A stretch of 64,000 nucleotides of DNA from Malacoraja senta (GCA_038087875.1 CM075992.1:6946001-7010000); one strand, 5' to 3'; positions 13,279 through 28,625 are shown, counted from the stretch's first letter. Notes: generated by a model from the sequence alone, not told the origin. Translations and numbers: made by a program.

Positions 13279-14356
13279 GTTGTGAATTTATCACCAAACT
13301 ATATTGTGTAAAGCTAGTCATGCAGTCGTTTATAGACTGGACATTATGAATCATAAACCTTGTGATAAATGTTTTTTAAAAAAACAAGAAGTTATCTCAC
13401 AGACACCACTTTGTCAGAAAATGTTTCCTGTTGAGTACTTGATATTGGTATGTGATTGTCCTGTTACAGTTAAAACCCTTGTGTTTAGTGTGTTGTCAAG
13501 GCAAATCATACCATACATAGGTTAGTGCAAAAGAGAAAATAAAAAAAGGAAGTTGCAATAAAAAAAACCTGCAAGGGTCACAGTGAGGTAGATTGGAAGA
13601 TCAGGAATTCATCCCCAGTACATGAGAAGTCCATTAAGGAGTCTGATAACAGCAGGGAATAAGCTGTAGACACAAGGAACTGCATATGCTGGTTTGCGGA
13701 GAAAGACACAAAGTGCTGGAGTAACTCAGCGAGTCAGGCAGCATCTCTCGAGAACATGGATAGGTGATATTTTGGCTTGGGATCCTTCTTCAAACTAATT
13801 GAAGTTGGGGGTAGGGGTGGGGGGGGGGGAGAAAGCTGGAAGAGAGGAGTGGCAGGTAATAGGTGAACACAGGTGAGGGAAGGGGGTGGGGGCAAATGGT
13901 ACAGAAGTGTGAAAATGTACACGTCCAGATTCAGGGACAGTTTCTTCCCAGCTGTTATCAGGCAACTCATCGGGGACCCACGGACAGTCTTTGATCGGAT
14001 TTACTTTGCACTGAACGTAATTCCCTTATCATGTATCTATACACTGTGAATGACTCGATTGTAATCATGTATTGTCTTTCCGCTGGCTGGTTAGCACACA
14101 ACAAAAGCTTTTCACTGTGCCTCGGCACAGGTGGCATTGTGCTAAACGGAACCTTTTGATACATAGATGGTTCCTGAATCTGGTGGCACATGCTTTGTAT
14201 ATTCTGCTGGACAGGAGAGGGATGAGGAATGCCTGAGGCGTGAGTGATCCTGGGTTATGTGTAAGAAAGAACTGCAGATGCTGGTAAAATCTAAGGTAGA
14301 CACAAAATGCTGGAGTAACTCAGCGGGTGAGGCAGCTTCTCTGGAGAGAAGGAATG

Positions 14357-14388
14357 GGCGACGTTTCGGGTCGAGACCCTTCTTCAGT
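14357..14388 (-). ncRNA. Minimal hammerhead ribozyme motif (Penelope-derived element, about 14260-14440)
   Basis: Minus CTGAAGA-A-GGGTC-TC-GACCC-GAAAC-GTC-GCC; a truncated opposite-strand copy starts at 14420. Confidence 0.7.
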
Positions 14389-14458
14389 GATGTTCCCTCC
14401 CCAACCCCCTAACATCAGTCTGAAGAAGGGTCTCGACCATGGCTCTCTGGCACTGTAA

Positions 14459-14748
14459 AGGCCCTGTTCCATGATGCGAGTTTACCCAAGAGCTCTCCCG
14501 AGTTAAAAAAAAAATCAAACTCGTGTTAAGTACGTAGAACGTACGTAGCGGGTACGTCGGAGCTCGTGAATGTCTCGTAGCGGCTCGTAATGCTAACGGC
14601 AGGTACTCCGGAAACTCGGAAACTCGTGAAGTTTTTTCAACAGTGTGAAAAATTTCCAAGAGTAAAAAAATACTCGTGATGAAGTACCACGAGTTTTTTA
14701 AAAACTTGGGAGAGCTCTTGGGTGAACTCGCATCGTGGGACAGGGGCT
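14459..14748. mobile_element. MITE family A
   Basis: TIRs AGGCCCTGTTCCATGATGCGAG / CTCGCATCGTGGGACAGGGGCT. TAA duplicated (14456-14458, 14749-14751) inside the SINE site CTG-TAA-GGCAGCAAC. Confidence 0.85.
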
Positions 14749-16189
14749 TAAGGCAGCAACTCTACTGCTGCGCCACCATGCCGCCCCGACTGTGATTCCC
14801 CGGTTAATAACTGTGTACGCTGAGAATCCACAGGCCCTAGTCAGTATGTATCAACCTCTCTCCCGCACAGATGGAACCAACCTGGGATGTCCAGGAAAAC
14901 AAACCGATTAAAAGGAATCCTTTGTACTAAGTGTGTTGCTTAAAAGTTTGGAAATTGAACTCTGACCCAGACAGAAACATTCTCAGTCAAAGGTTAGGAA
15001 TGCGCACATTTAATCACCAAGATACATAGTTCATCCTCAGCAAAAACAAATAAAAGACAGAAAATCATACTTAAAACCCCAAAGTGAGGCAATATTTTGA
15101 GTGACTTAATCACAGAGGGTCACGGTACATTCATCATCAGTCTGTCAGAGTATTGAGTCTGGAAGTTTAGTTTAGTTTAGAGATACAGTGAGGAGACAGG
15201 CCCTTCGGCCCACCAAGTCTGCACCTACCAGCAATTCCCACACACTAACACTATCCTACACACACTAGGGACAATTTACGCATACACCAAGCCAATTAAC
15301 CTATAAACCTGTGCATCTTTGGAGTGTGGGATGAAACTGAAGATCTCGGAGAAAACATCACCCGTTCCTTCTCTCCAGAGATGCTGCCTGTCCCGTTGAG
15401 TTACTCCAGCTTTTTGTGTCTATCTCCGATTTAAACCAGCACCTGCAGTTCTTTCCTGCACGTGATGATAGCTTCTTACCGTACGAAAGGGGCTGCGTCA
15501 GTCTGGAGTCCAGGGGAACATGGGTGAGATGAAGGTGGTGACTGTGGTGGTTCTACGGGAACCCACGGTGGAGATACGTCAGCAACTCCACACAGCTAAA
15601 GAAAGGGACAAAGAATGTGCATTTATATAGTGCCTTCCACAACCTCACAACACTTCACTGACACAAAGGCACAGTCTTCTATTGCGCTTGCTGCAAAGCA
15701 AGATCCCACAAGCATGGGACATCGTCCACACGCTCCCCGGCTTACGGAATAGGCGACTTACGCAAACCCAAACTCGCGGAAACAATTCTGTGGACAAGAA
15801 TGCTGGAGAAACTCAGCGAGTGAGGCAGCATCTATGGAGCGCCGGAATAGGTGACATTTCAGGTCGAGACCCTTCTTCAGACTGCATCTGCAGTTCTTTC
15901 TTAAACAATTCTGTACTCGGTCCCAAGTGCAATCAAGGCAGCTTGTAACTTCCACAGCTCCTCTGGGCGGTCACGGTGGTGCAGCAGTAGATAGACGCAA
16001 ATTGCTGGAGTAACTCATTTGTTGGAAAACGTTCTGACTGTCTACCGTATCTAAACAGAAACAGAAATAATATCCCGGGGGAATAGTTTCAGTGATGCTG
16101 ACTGACTGGACATTGTGGACAATTCCACTGATCATCTCTGACCGGCATTCTTCACCTGAGGGGGGCAAGCATGGACTCGACCACGTCAC

Positions 16190-16745
16190 TTCATGCGCCA
16201 TAGAAAGCATTTTATCGAGATGCATCACAGCACAGTTTGGGAACAGCTCCATCCGAGACTGCAAGAAATTGCAGAGAGTTGTGGACGCAGCCCAGACCAT
16301 CACACAAACCAACCTCCCTTCCATTGACTCCATCTACACATCACGCTGCCTCGGCAAGGCCAGCAGCACAATCAAGGACCAGTCTCACCCTGGTCACTCA
16401 ACTCTGCTCCCCTCTCCCATCAGGCAAGAGGTACAGAAGTGTGAAAACGCACACCTCCAGATTCCGGGACAGTTTCTTCCCAGCTGTTATCAGGCAACTG
16501 AACCATCCTACTAACAACTAGAGAGCAGTCCTGAGCTTCTATCTACCTCATTGGAGACTCTTGGACTATCTTTCATCTGACCTTACTGGATTTTGTCTTG
16601 CACTAAACATTATTCATGTTATTCCCTTTATCATGTACACTGTGGATGGCTCGATTGTAATCATGTATTGTCTTTCCACTGACTGGTTAGCATGCAACAA
16701 ATGATTTTCACTGTATCTCGGTACACGTGACAATAAACTAAACTC
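16190..16745 (+). mobile_element. Rex1/Babar-like LINE 3' fragment
   Basis: CAIESILSRCITAQFGN...KKLQRVVDAAQTIT...DQSHPGH / LPSGKRYRSVKTHTSRFRDSFFPAVIRQLN (frameshifted); 3' UTR ends GTGACAATAAACTAAAC. Confidence 0.85.
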
Positions 16746-17450
16746 AATGAGGCTGTTTGCCTGTTCTGAAGAAACCACATTGCTGCCAGGTCTGTCCATG
16801 GGAGACTTGAATCTGCAATCTTCTGATTCTAAGTTGGCAGACGGAGTTTCATCTGAGAAAGTGTGAGGGGCTGCAGTTTGGGAGGTCGTGTATGATTTAT
16901 GTATAACTTACGTTATGGTGTGTTTGCCTGCGTCTAAGTGCCAGTGATGATGCTGCCGACAGGATTGTAGCCGCACCTCTCTGTACTTGCGCATATGACA
17001 ATATCGCGTCTGATCTAACAGGGCCTCAAGTGACTGCAGAAGCTTCGATCCGAGCTGCTGGGGGAACTCAGCAGTGGAGGATGCAAGCTGCTGGAGAAAC
17101 AATCTGGTGGAGGAACTCAGCGGGTTATGCAGGGAGAAAGGGTTTCTTTTGGGAGAAAGGGTTTTGATCCAATGATTCAATGATACCTTATTGTCACATG
17201 TACCTAGATGCAGTGAAATGCTTTGTTTTGCCGGTACAACCTCACCTAGGCAGTGCACAATGTCGCCATATTTTGCAAAACGCCGACAGTTACAAAAGTT
17301 TGCCAAATGGTCCTATCTACTGCTTGCCGCCGCATATGGTAGCAGCCTCCGCAATCTGAAGAGTTAACGATTCCAAAACCTCCTATAGACGCTGCTCGAA
17401 CCGTCAAGTTCCTATGGCAGGTTGCCTGCTGCTGCACTCTGGGGAGACAC

Positions 17451-17766
17451 ATTGGCTTAGCGAGTAGAGCCACTGCCTCACAGCGCCAGAGACCCATGTT
17501 CAATCCTGACTTCGGACGCTGTCTGTGTGGAGTTTGCTCGTTCTCTCTGTGAACCCGTGGGCTTTCTCCAGGTGCTCAAGTTTCCTCCCAGTCCCACATC
17601 CCACAGACGTGCGGGGTTGTAGGTTAATTGGCCCTCTGTAAATTGCCCCCCCGTGTGTAAGGAGTGGATGAGAAAGTGGGATAACATGGAACTCGTGCGA
17701 ACGGGTGATCGATGGTCGGTGTGGACTCGATGGGCTGAATGGCCTGTTTCTGTGCTGAATCTCTAC
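17451..17766 (+). mobile_element. tRNA-derived SINE (diverged subfamily)
   Basis: Head, core and tail recognisable; variant middle GGAGTGGATGAGAAAGTGGGATAAC. Confidence 0.8.
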
Positions 17767-18289
17767 ACCGAACTTCATTTGAAACGTTAATGTTCGTTTG
17801 TGCCCAGCCTGTGAATGCGGAGCAGAACAACAGACAGCCAACCATGTCATCTCTGGGTGCCCGCTCCACCACCCACCAAATGGAGCTCTGTCAGGGCCTG
17901 GCAGACATTGACGCCAACAGAGACAACAACCTGGCTGCTCAACACCCGGCTTGAGATCTAACTATTCCTTTGGTTTATGTTTCATTCGCAAGAAGAAGAT
18001 TTGAAACGTCGAACCAAGTCGAATCAAAGTGTCGAAAAGGTTTGTTCTGACGAACACCAAGTTGATTTACAGAAGAACAGAGAGACAGTGCGCGTGGCAT
18101 CTTGGCCAACATTCCTCTCTCAAACAAACCGCCCATAGAGAGAGCAAACATCTTTTCATTGCAATTTTTCTACCAACACAAGACCTTATCATCCAATCTG
18201 ACTAATCAGTGTCCAGATCTAAGTAACAGTCAACCAAAGTTAGACCAGGGTCAGCAACTGGTAGCTCGGGTAATGTGGGCTTTGGCCAG

Positions 18290-18900
18290 ACGGCGGGAGG
18301 GATGGAGGGAGGGGTGGTGGGATGAAGGGAATGAGGAAGGGGGGGATGGAGGGTAGGAGGGATACATAGATACATAGCCATTAGGTGCAGACAATAGGCC
18401 ATTTGGCCCTTCGAGCCAGCACCGCCATTCAATGTGATCATGGCTGATCATCCACAATCAGTACCCCGTTCTTGCCTTCTCCCTATACCCCTTGATTCTG
18501 CTAGCCCTAAGAGCTCTATCTAACTCTCTTTTGAATGCATCCAGTGAATCAGCCTCCACTGCCTTCTGAGGTAGAGAATTCCACAAATTCACAACTCTCT
18601 GGGTGAAAAAGATTCTCCTCATCTCCATTTAGAGGTAGGAGTGTAGGTAGGGAGTCGAGGGATGGGGGGAATGAGGGAGGGGTGGTGGGAGGGAGGGATG
18701 GAGGGAGGGAGGGGTGGAGGAAGGGAGGGATCGGGGGAGGGTGGGAGCGGGGGAAGGAAATACATTTGAACTTGAACTTGAACTTGAGGGAGGGAGAGGT
18801 GAAGGGAAGGAGCGGTGGAGGGAGGGAGGGAGGGAGGGATAGAGGGAGGGAGGGATGGAGATGCGGCAACTCTACTGGAGGCGGGAGGTGGGATGGGGGA
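18290..18900 (+). repeat. (GGGA)n-like purine-rich low-complexity tract interrupted by a CR1 3' end (about 18360-18625, minus)
   Basis: Direct reading; many G-runs. Confidence 0.8.
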
Positions 18901-19297
18901 ACCTGACAAACCTCTTGGGACCTCCCCCCCACCTTTGGGCCTCCCCCCCCCCTCTCTACCCCCCTCCCCCACATCCTCTCACCATCCTGCCTCGCTTTGT
19001 TTCTTTAAAGAAATGCTAGGCATTCTTGAGGCTGAAATGTTGAGTTCATGCTGGACAGAGAAAGCCCTCACTCCCACACGACTGTACCTTCAAACACCAA
19101 GCAGCTACTGTGTGGCCGCCTAGCTGCGGAACTATGTTTAAATGCGACCTTTCGCCTCAAAGAATAGGAGCATTATTCCAAGCCGATATCAAATGTAAAT
19201 GAAGTTGCTAGTTGTTGACTGTGTGCGGGACAGCCCCAGTCGTTCTGTTACGGAGTTTATTCCACCCACGCCTTTCTCCACCAGCCAGTAAACAAGA

Positions 19298-19530
19298 GTG
19301 CACAATCTGCCCATCGTGGGTACTGACCTCCCCACCATCGACGGGGTCTACAGGACACGCTGCCTCAAACAGGCAGCGAGCATCTTCAAACAACCACACC
19401 ACCCTGGCCAAGCCCTCATCTCGCTGCTACCATCGGGAAGAAGGTACAGGAGCCTGAAAACCGTGACCTCCAGGTTCAAGAACAGCTTCTTCCCAACAAC
19501 CATCAGGCTCTTGAACACTGCACAAAAACT
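19298..19530 (+). mobile_element. Rex1/Babar-like LINE 3' fragment
   Basis: GTDLPTIDGVYRTRCLKQAASIFKQPHHPG...LLPSGRRYRSLKTVTSRFKNSFFPTTIRLLN. Confidence 0.85.
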
Positions 19531-19648
19531 AAACCTCAGCAAATATGATCTTCTCGAGGCGTTGTTTTGATGGCAACATTACGTTCTGCCTAGTTGACAT
19601 TACTTTATTGTATTATTGATTATTGGATATTTATTCGTATTAGTTGTT

Positions 19649-19902
19649 GGTTTTAGAGATACAGCGCAGAAACAGGCCCTTCGGCCCACCGAGTCCGCAT
19701 CGACCGGTGATCCCTGCACACTAACTATCCTACACACACTGGGGACAATTTTACCAACCCAATTAACCTACAAACCTGTACATTTGGAGTGTGGTAGGAA
19801 ACCGGAGCACCCGGAGAAAACCCACGCAGGTCACGGGGAGAACGTACAAACTCCGTACAGACAGCGCCCGTAATCGGGATCGAACCCGGGTCTCTGGTGC
19901 TG
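19649..19902 (-). mobile_element. tRNA-derived SINE
   Basis: Reverse consensus. Confidence 0.85.
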
Positions 19903-20748
19903 TCTCCTAATGGACTGTGATTCTGCATTGCTACCAGTCGAGTTGACCCATTCCTTCTCTCCAGAGATGCTGCCTGACCCGCTGAGTTACTCCAGCATTT
20001 TGTGTCTATCTTCGGTGTAAACCAGCATCTGCAGTTCCTCCCTACACATCAGTCTAGTTTAGTTTATTAGTTTATTGCCACCTGTACCTGTGTGTTGGAA
20101 TTGCTGTACCAGGCCGAGTTGCAAACAATCATAATACTCTCTACAGTAGATCTGTACAGGAATATCTAACGTTATTCCCTTATCATGTATCTGTACACTG
20201 TAAATGGCTCGATTGTAATCATGTGTTGTCTTTCCGCTGACTGGTCAGCACGCAACAAAAGCTTTTCACTGGAGCTCAGTACACGTGACAATAAACTAAA
20301 CTAAACTACAGCGCAGTAAAACTCCATTAACATGAACCTGAAGACCAAGTTCCTTATTATTTCATCCTTCCCCTCAAAAGCAAGAGTCATATAGAGACCC
20401 TGCAATGTTTGTTCGTGTGTGTCGACCAGGGATGGGATGGAGCGGAGAGTCGCGCACAGCAGGCTCCAGCGCTGGATATCCTGCCGACAGGCACACACAC
20501 ACACACAGGCAACAGAAAGACCATTATGGCAGCAGAGGCCAACAGCTGGAAGGAATGAACTCAGGCAGCAGCTGGGCAGACATGGGACTTGCTGGAGAAT
20601 GGACAGTAGTGGTCTGTGTGGTGGCTGGTTACTGGGATGTGGGTGTGGGAAGTGGAGGGGGGGAGGAAGAGGGGGGGGGGGGAAGAGGAGAGGAAGGGGG
20701 GAAAGGGGGGGCTGTGGGACTGGGGGTGGGGTGTGTTTACTGGGCGGT

Positions 20749-21032
20749 GTTTAGTTTTTTTTAGTTTTAGTTTTAGAGATACAGGCCCTTCGGCCCATCG
20801 CGTCCGCACCGACCAGCGCATTAACACTACCCTACACACCTTAGGGAGAATTTTACATTTACCCCAAGCCAACTAACGTAAATACCTGCATGTCGTTGGA
20901 GTGTGGGAGGAAACCGAAGATCTCGGAGAAAACCCACGCAAGTCATGGGGAGAACGTGCAAACTCCCCACAGACAGCACCCGAAGTCAGCATCGATTCCG
21001 GGTCTCTGGCGCTGTGAGGCAGCAACTCTACT
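20749..21032 (-). mobile_element. tRNA-derived SINE
   Basis: Reverse consensus. Confidence 0.8.
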
Positions 21033-21484
21033 GGTGAATGAGTAAACCAGCATCTGCAGTTCCTTGTGTCTCCTTTCAGAGACGTTCAAAGTGTTTGTTC
21101 CCCCTAGAATGCAGGCGGCTGGGGGAGGACCTGATTGAGAGAGCAACATTAAGGGGTGGACAGACAGGGAAGAATATTTTTCCCATGACGGGGTGTCGAA
21201 GGCATGAAGGCATAAGTGTAAGGTGAGAGGTGGGAGGTTTAGAGGGAATAGAACGTGGAACAGTACAGCAAAGGAACGGGTCTCGACCCAAAACGTCACC
21301 TATCCATTTCCCTCCACAGATGCTGCCCGACCCACTGTGTTCCTCCAGCACTTTGTGTTTGGTTCCAGACCCCACCCGCTCATCATCATCTCTCATCTGG
21401 AAATTCCATGAAATCACTGCTCCCCGTCTCCCTGCTCTAGGAAAATATCTCTGACTTATTCACCCGTTTGAAAATATTCCAAGT

Positions 21485-21990
21485 GACAATAGACAATAGA
21501 CAATAGGTGCAGGAGTAGGCCATTTGGCCCTTCGAGCCAGCACCGCCATTCAATGTGATCATGGCTGATCATCCCCAATCAGTACCCCGTTCCTGCCTTC
21601 TCCCCATATCCCCTGACTCCGCTATTTTTAAGAGCACTATCTAGCTCTCTCTTGAAAGCATCCAGAGAACCGGCCTCCACCGCCCTCTGAGGCAGAGAAT
21701 TCCACAGACTCACCACTCTCTGTGAGAAAAAGTGTTTCCTCGTCTCCGTTCTAAATGGCTTACTCCTTATTCTTAAACCGTGGCCCCTGGTTCTGGACTC
21801 CCCCAACATCGGGAACATGTTTCCTGCCTCTAGCGTGTCCAAACCCTTAACAATCTTAGGTACACAAAAATGCTGGAGAAACTCAGCGGGTGCTGCAGCA
21901 TCTATGGAGCGAAGGAAATAGGCAACAATCTTATATGTTTCAATGAGATCACCTCTCATCCTTCTAAACTCCAGAGTGTACAAGCGTGGA
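21485..21990 (-). mobile_element. Young CR1 LINE 3' fragment containing a nested 65 bp Penelope-derived insert (21859-21923)
   Basis: ORF LYTLEFRRMRGDLIETYKIV...[insert]...KIVKGLDTLEAGNMFPMLGESRTRGH; AACAATCTTA duplicated at 21849-21858 and 21924-21933. Confidence 0.9.
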
Positions 21991-22311
21991 TTCATTTCTC
22001 TGGTGCGTCAGAGGCTGAAGTATATCAAGTAATGAGAGTCATGGCTCGGCTAGACAGTCAGAACCCTTTCCCCAAGAAGCAAATGTCAATGACTAGAGGA
22101 CAAAGCTTTAAGGTGAGAGGGGGAAAAGGAGATGTGCAGGACACGTTTTGTTTTACAGAGAGTGGTGGGGGTATGGTACTCGCTGCCAGGGGTGGTGGTG
22201 GAGGCAGATGGTTATAGCGTTGAAGAGGCTTTTAGATTGGCACATGGATATGCAGGGAATGGAGGGATATGGATCACGTGCAAACAGAGTAGATTAGTTT
22301 AACTTGGCAAC

Positions 22312-22820
22312 GTGTTAAAGAAGGAACTGCAGATGCTGGAAAATCGAAGGTACACAAAAATGCTGGAGAAACTCAGCGGGTGCAGCAGCATCTATGGAGC
22401 AAAGGAAATAGGCAACGTTTCGGGCCGAAACCCTTCTTCAGACTGATAGGGGGTGGGGAGAAGAAAGGAAAAAAGGAAAAAAGGCGGAGGAGGAGCCCGA
22501 GGGCTGGGGGAGGGGAGGAGACAACCAGAGGGCTGATGAAGGGGAGGGGACAGCAAGGGCTAGCAGAATTGGGAGAATTCAATGTTCAAGCCCCCAGGAT
22601 GTAGACTGCCCAAGCGGAATATGAGGTGCATTTCCTCCAATTTCCGGTGTTGCTCGCTGTGGCCATGGAGGAGACCCAGGACAGAGAGGTCAGATACGGA
22701 ATGGGAGGGGGAGTTGAAGTGCTGAGCCACCGGGAGGTCAGGTTGGTTATTGCGGACCGACCGGAGGTGTTCGGCGAAACGATCGCCAAGCCTCCGCTTG
22801 GTCTCACCGATGTAGACCGG
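22312..22820 (-). mobile_element. Penelope-like retroelement 3' end: GIY-YIG endonuclease C-terminus, 3' UTR and hammerhead
   Basis: ORF 22560-22835 VYIGETKRRLGDRFAEHLRSVR...PVAQHFN...RKLEEMHLIFRLGSLHPGGLNIEF carries the YIG, R, E and N GIY-YIG motifs. Confidence 0.9.
22411..22444 (-). ncRNA. Minimal hammerhead ribozyme motif in the Penelope 3' UTR (sense strand of the ORF)
   Basis: Minus AGT-CTGAAGA-A-GGGT-TTCG-GCCC-GAAAC-GTT-GCC: stem II closed by a UUCG loop, GUU triplet. Confidence 0.75.
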
Positions 22821-24252
22821 CAACATGTTTGCCACAGTGTGGTCTGAAGGGCCTGTTCCATTGCTGTATGGTTCTGTGGACGTTGGTTAGGTCCCTGCTA
22901 AATCTACAAACCTCAATTGCCTCCCCTTCGCCCCCTCTGTCCCAAAGAAAACAAGGCCATTTTGCCCAATCTTTCCTCTGAGCTCCCAATATCCAGACCT
23001 GGCAGCATCTTGGCTAAATAAACTCCTCTCCTGTGTAATCACATCGCCCCTGTGATGTGGCGACCAGCTCTGGACCAAGAGGTCGTGCTGTGGCCAACTT
23101 AATGAGAGTGCTGTTATTTAGACTGTAAACATGAGGCTGGATGTGCTGAGGCTGTCAGTGAGGGGGAGGTGCAGACCGCACTTGCACTTCAACGTCGGAG
23201 AAGGTGGTAATTATGGAGCTGCAGCAAGTGGTGAGTGGAGACGGTGGATGTTTGGGACGAGGCTTTCGTTCCGAGAGCCAGCATCAATGGGGGAGTAGAC
23301 CCCCATGACACCAGCTCTGGGAGCTGACATAGAACACTGCTGTCTGTATGGAGTTTGTACGTTTTCCCCATGACTGCGTGGGTTTCCTCTGGGTGCTCCC
23401 ACCTCCCAAAATGTGCGGGTCAGAACCCTTCTTCGGACCTAGTGCGATTCTTGAGGCTGAAGAAGGGTCTCGACCTGAAACATCGCCCATCACTTATCTC
23501 CAGAGATGCTGCTTGACCTCTCTGAGTTACTCCAGCACTTTGTGGCTATCCCCATAATAAGGATAGACACTACCCCATGCACACTAGGGACAATTTTACA
23601 TTTATACCAAGCCAATTAACCAACAAACGTATTGCTGCTGAGGATGTGCAGGAAGGAACTGCAGATGCTGGTTTAAACTGAAGATAGACATAAAAAGCTG
23701 GAGTAACTCAGCGGGACAGGCTGCATTTATTGGAGGGAAGGAATGGGTGACGTTTCGGGTCTCTCCAGAGATGCTGCCTGTCCCGCTGAGTTACTACAGA
23801 TTCTTGTGTCTATCTTCGGATGAAACCAGCATCTGCAGTTCTTTCCTGCACATCCGTAATAGCACATCCGTAATAAGGAGGTCTGTTAAAATGAGGGTTT
23901 ACTGTGGAGATGACTTGAGTTGGCTCACAGACCAACTGTGATCTCAATGGATGGCAGAACAGGTTCGAGAGGCTAAATAGTCCAAGTTTGTTCCCATGGT
24001 TACACAACAATGGGCTCAGATCGCAAATCAACACATCTGCAGCGAGAGATCTGGAAAATGTAAGTGTTTGACTCCACATCTCAGCAGAGCTGATCTTTCA
24101 TCAGGCTGCTCAGTGTCACAGACCCCCACATCACACGCACACTCCACCATGGAGCAAGGGAGACAAGCTTGGAGATCCGACAGCATCCGACACAAATGTC
24201 AGCTGCAATCAGAAGATGCAAAGCTCAGTCACATGTGGTGATGGTCTAGGGT

Positions 24253-24770
24253 CACACACACACACACACACATGCACACACACCAACAGCACGTGCAAAT
24301 GCGCGCACATGCACACACACACACAGACACACACACACGGACACGCACACACGGACACACCAACAGCACATGCCCAAACACACATAAACAAATACACAGA
24401 TGCACACACACACGGACACACACACACACATGGACACGGACACACACACACAGACACACACACGGACACGCACACACGGACACACCAACAGCACATGCCC
24501 AAACACACATAAACAAATACACAAATGCACACACACACGGACACACACACACACATGGACACACACACACGGCACACACACACGGACACACACACACACA
24601 CACACCAACAGCACATGCTGAAACACACATAAACAAATGCACAAATGCACACACATACATACACACACACATACAAACTACCAAAACGGACACAGACATA
24701 CAAACACACAGCACACGTACATACATACACACGTACATACATACACACGCACACACACACACACGCACTA
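24253..24770. repeat. CA-rich minisatellite with an approximately 120 bp higher-order unit
   Basis: CACACCAACAGCACATGC...AAACACACATAAACAAAT recurs at about 24356, 24481 and 24601. Confidence 0.85.
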
Positions 24771-25076
24771 ACAAAGGAGATGTATAGTGCAAGTTTTTAC
24801 ACAGAGGCTGCTGAGTGTCTGGAACATGCTGCCAGGGGTGTTGGTGGAGGCAGACATGATAGTGCTGTTTATGACACTTTTGGATAGGCTCATGGATATG
24901 CAGGGAATAGATATGGATTATGAGCAGGAAGATTAGTTGGCCTTGGCATCATGTTCTGTGTAGACACTGTGAGCTGAAGGGCCTGTTCCTGTACTGTCCT
25001 GCATTTGTTCTAAACACACACATACCCACTCACACACACGAGCACACTCTTAAACATACATGCCTATATATATATA

Positions 25077-26710
<1,634 letters not shown>

Positions 26711-27455
26711 GCCAGACACAAAGCCAGAAGCAGCAACAACAATACCCAGATTATCGTCGCCAATATAAACTGTGAGACTCCATCATTAACAACTAATGAC
26801 CGAAGAACAGTTGCCAATGGTGGGTACAAGTCAAGAAGATGAGGGTACTTGTTAGAACAAGTGTTTTTGATTGAAAGATACAGCACTCAAACAGGCCCTT
26901 CGGCCCACCGAGTCCACGCCGACCAGCGATCGATCACCCGTTCACACTAGTTCTGTGTTTCTCATCCTTTCTCCACACAAGAGGGGGCCAATTTACAGAG
27001 GACCAATTAACCTACAAACATACATATCTTTGCGATGTGGGAGGAAACCGGAGCACCTGGAGAAAACCCACGCGATCGCGGGGAGAACATCATTATTAAT
27101 GTGGAGAGCTTGAGAGTGGACGAGGTTACGGAGGTGTGAAGGGTGTAATTATACAAAATGGAAAGAGCGGAGAAGTACAGAGCAGAGACATCACACGTTA
27201 CATCGCCAGTGCTTGGCAAGGGCTGGGTGGGAAGCTGACCTACTAACGTCTGAAGAAGGGTCTCGGCTCTGAAGGTCACCCATTTCTTCTCTCCAGCGAC
27301 GCTGCCTGTCCCGCTGAGTTACTCCAGCATTTCGTGTCTACGAACTAAAGCCAACGTTGATACCCTTTGTGACCAGCGACTGGACTCAGTCAGCAGCAGG
27401 GGACAGGAGTAAACCGATTGACCAAGTCCCGGGCACATATTCTTTCTGGTCCTAC

Positions 27456-27647
27456 CTGGAACTTTCACGTTCACTGGCGGGGCATAGAGTCGGAGCGGGG
27501 GTTTGGGCTCGGCCAGGGGGGAAGAGGGAGCGCCGTTACTGGGCTGAAAGGGAGCAGCAAGATCGCAGCGAGTGTGGAGGTGGTGGCGGTGGCAGATCTG
27601 CAGGCGGGGAGCATAGATCAGAGCGGGGGATGAAGGAATGTGCGTGA

Positions 27648-27690
<43 letters not shown>
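27456..27690 (-). other. Candidate GC-rich first or alternative exon next to a (GA)n tract
   Basis: Unique and CpG-enriched; minus donor CCAG|GTAGGA at 27456/27455; (CT)n at about 27651-27688. Confidence 0.3.
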
Positions 27691-28369
27691 GCTGGGTGGA
27701 TTTAAATTCCCTGGCAACAATACCAGTGTGAAATGCCAGACTCAGTAACCCTTCCACTGACTCGGGCACTGACAGCAAGCCCTTTTATGCTCAAACCTTC
27801 TCACAAATAAAGCACCAAAGTGCCAAGCACATCACCTCCGTCGTTCGGTCTTTAATAAATAATAATAATAATTTAAAAAATCGGACAAGTATGTATACAT
27901 ACAAGGAATATTACAATCGACAATAGACAATAGGTGCAGGAGTAGGCCATTCGGCCCTTCGAGCCAGCACTGTCATTCAATGTGATCATGGCTGATCATC
28001 CCCAATCAGTACCCCGTTCCTGCCTTCTCCCCATATCCCCTGACTCCGCTATCTTTCAGAGCCCTATCTAGCTCTCTCTTGAAAGTATCCAGATAACCGG
28101 CCTCCACCGCCCTCTGAGGCAGTGAATTCCACAGACTCACAACTCGTCTCCCTTCTAAGTGGCTTACTCCTTATTCTTAAACTGAGGCCGGCTCCCACCC
28201 GGCAGGTGAACGGCGGTCAGACGGTGGCCTTGATTTATTATCGTCCTCGATACAGCGATGCTGGGAGAAACTTTGCATTATGTGCTGACCAGGCTGACCA
28301 CTCTGTACATGAGTGCAACTGAGAAAACAAACAGAGTGCAGAAGATAGAGAAAGTGCACGGGCCACAAC

Positions 28370-28625
28370 CAGGTAGGTTGGAAGATCAGGAATACACTCT
28401 CGGCCTGTGGGAGACTTGTTCAGTAATCTGATAAAAGCGGGGAAGAAGCTGTTCCTGAGTCTGGTGGCGAGCGCTTTCAAGCTTCTGCATCTTCCACCCG
28501 GTCGGGGGTGTGGAGAGAAGAGGGAAAGACTGGGGTGGATAATGTTGGCTGGATAATGTTGGCTGCTTTCCCCAGACAGGGTGCAGATGGAGTTGATGGG
28601 GGGTAGGGGGCTGGTTTTTGTGATG
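28370..28625 (-). mobile_element. Rex1/Babar-like LINE 3' fragment
   Basis: GGRCRSLKALATRLRNSFFPAFIRLLN. Confidence 0.75.

Noticed and set aside
17985..18140. Plus-strand open stretch EEDLKRRTKSNQSVEK... with weak splice signals
   Set aside because: No recognisable homology, weak acceptor and donor, and it runs into an old SINE remnant.
20301..20504. ORF DIQRWSLLCATLRSIPSL... as a coding exon
   Set aside because: The acceptor at 20480 is plausible, but there is no clear donor and no recognisable protein in any frame; kept only as a weak element of the gene hypothesis.
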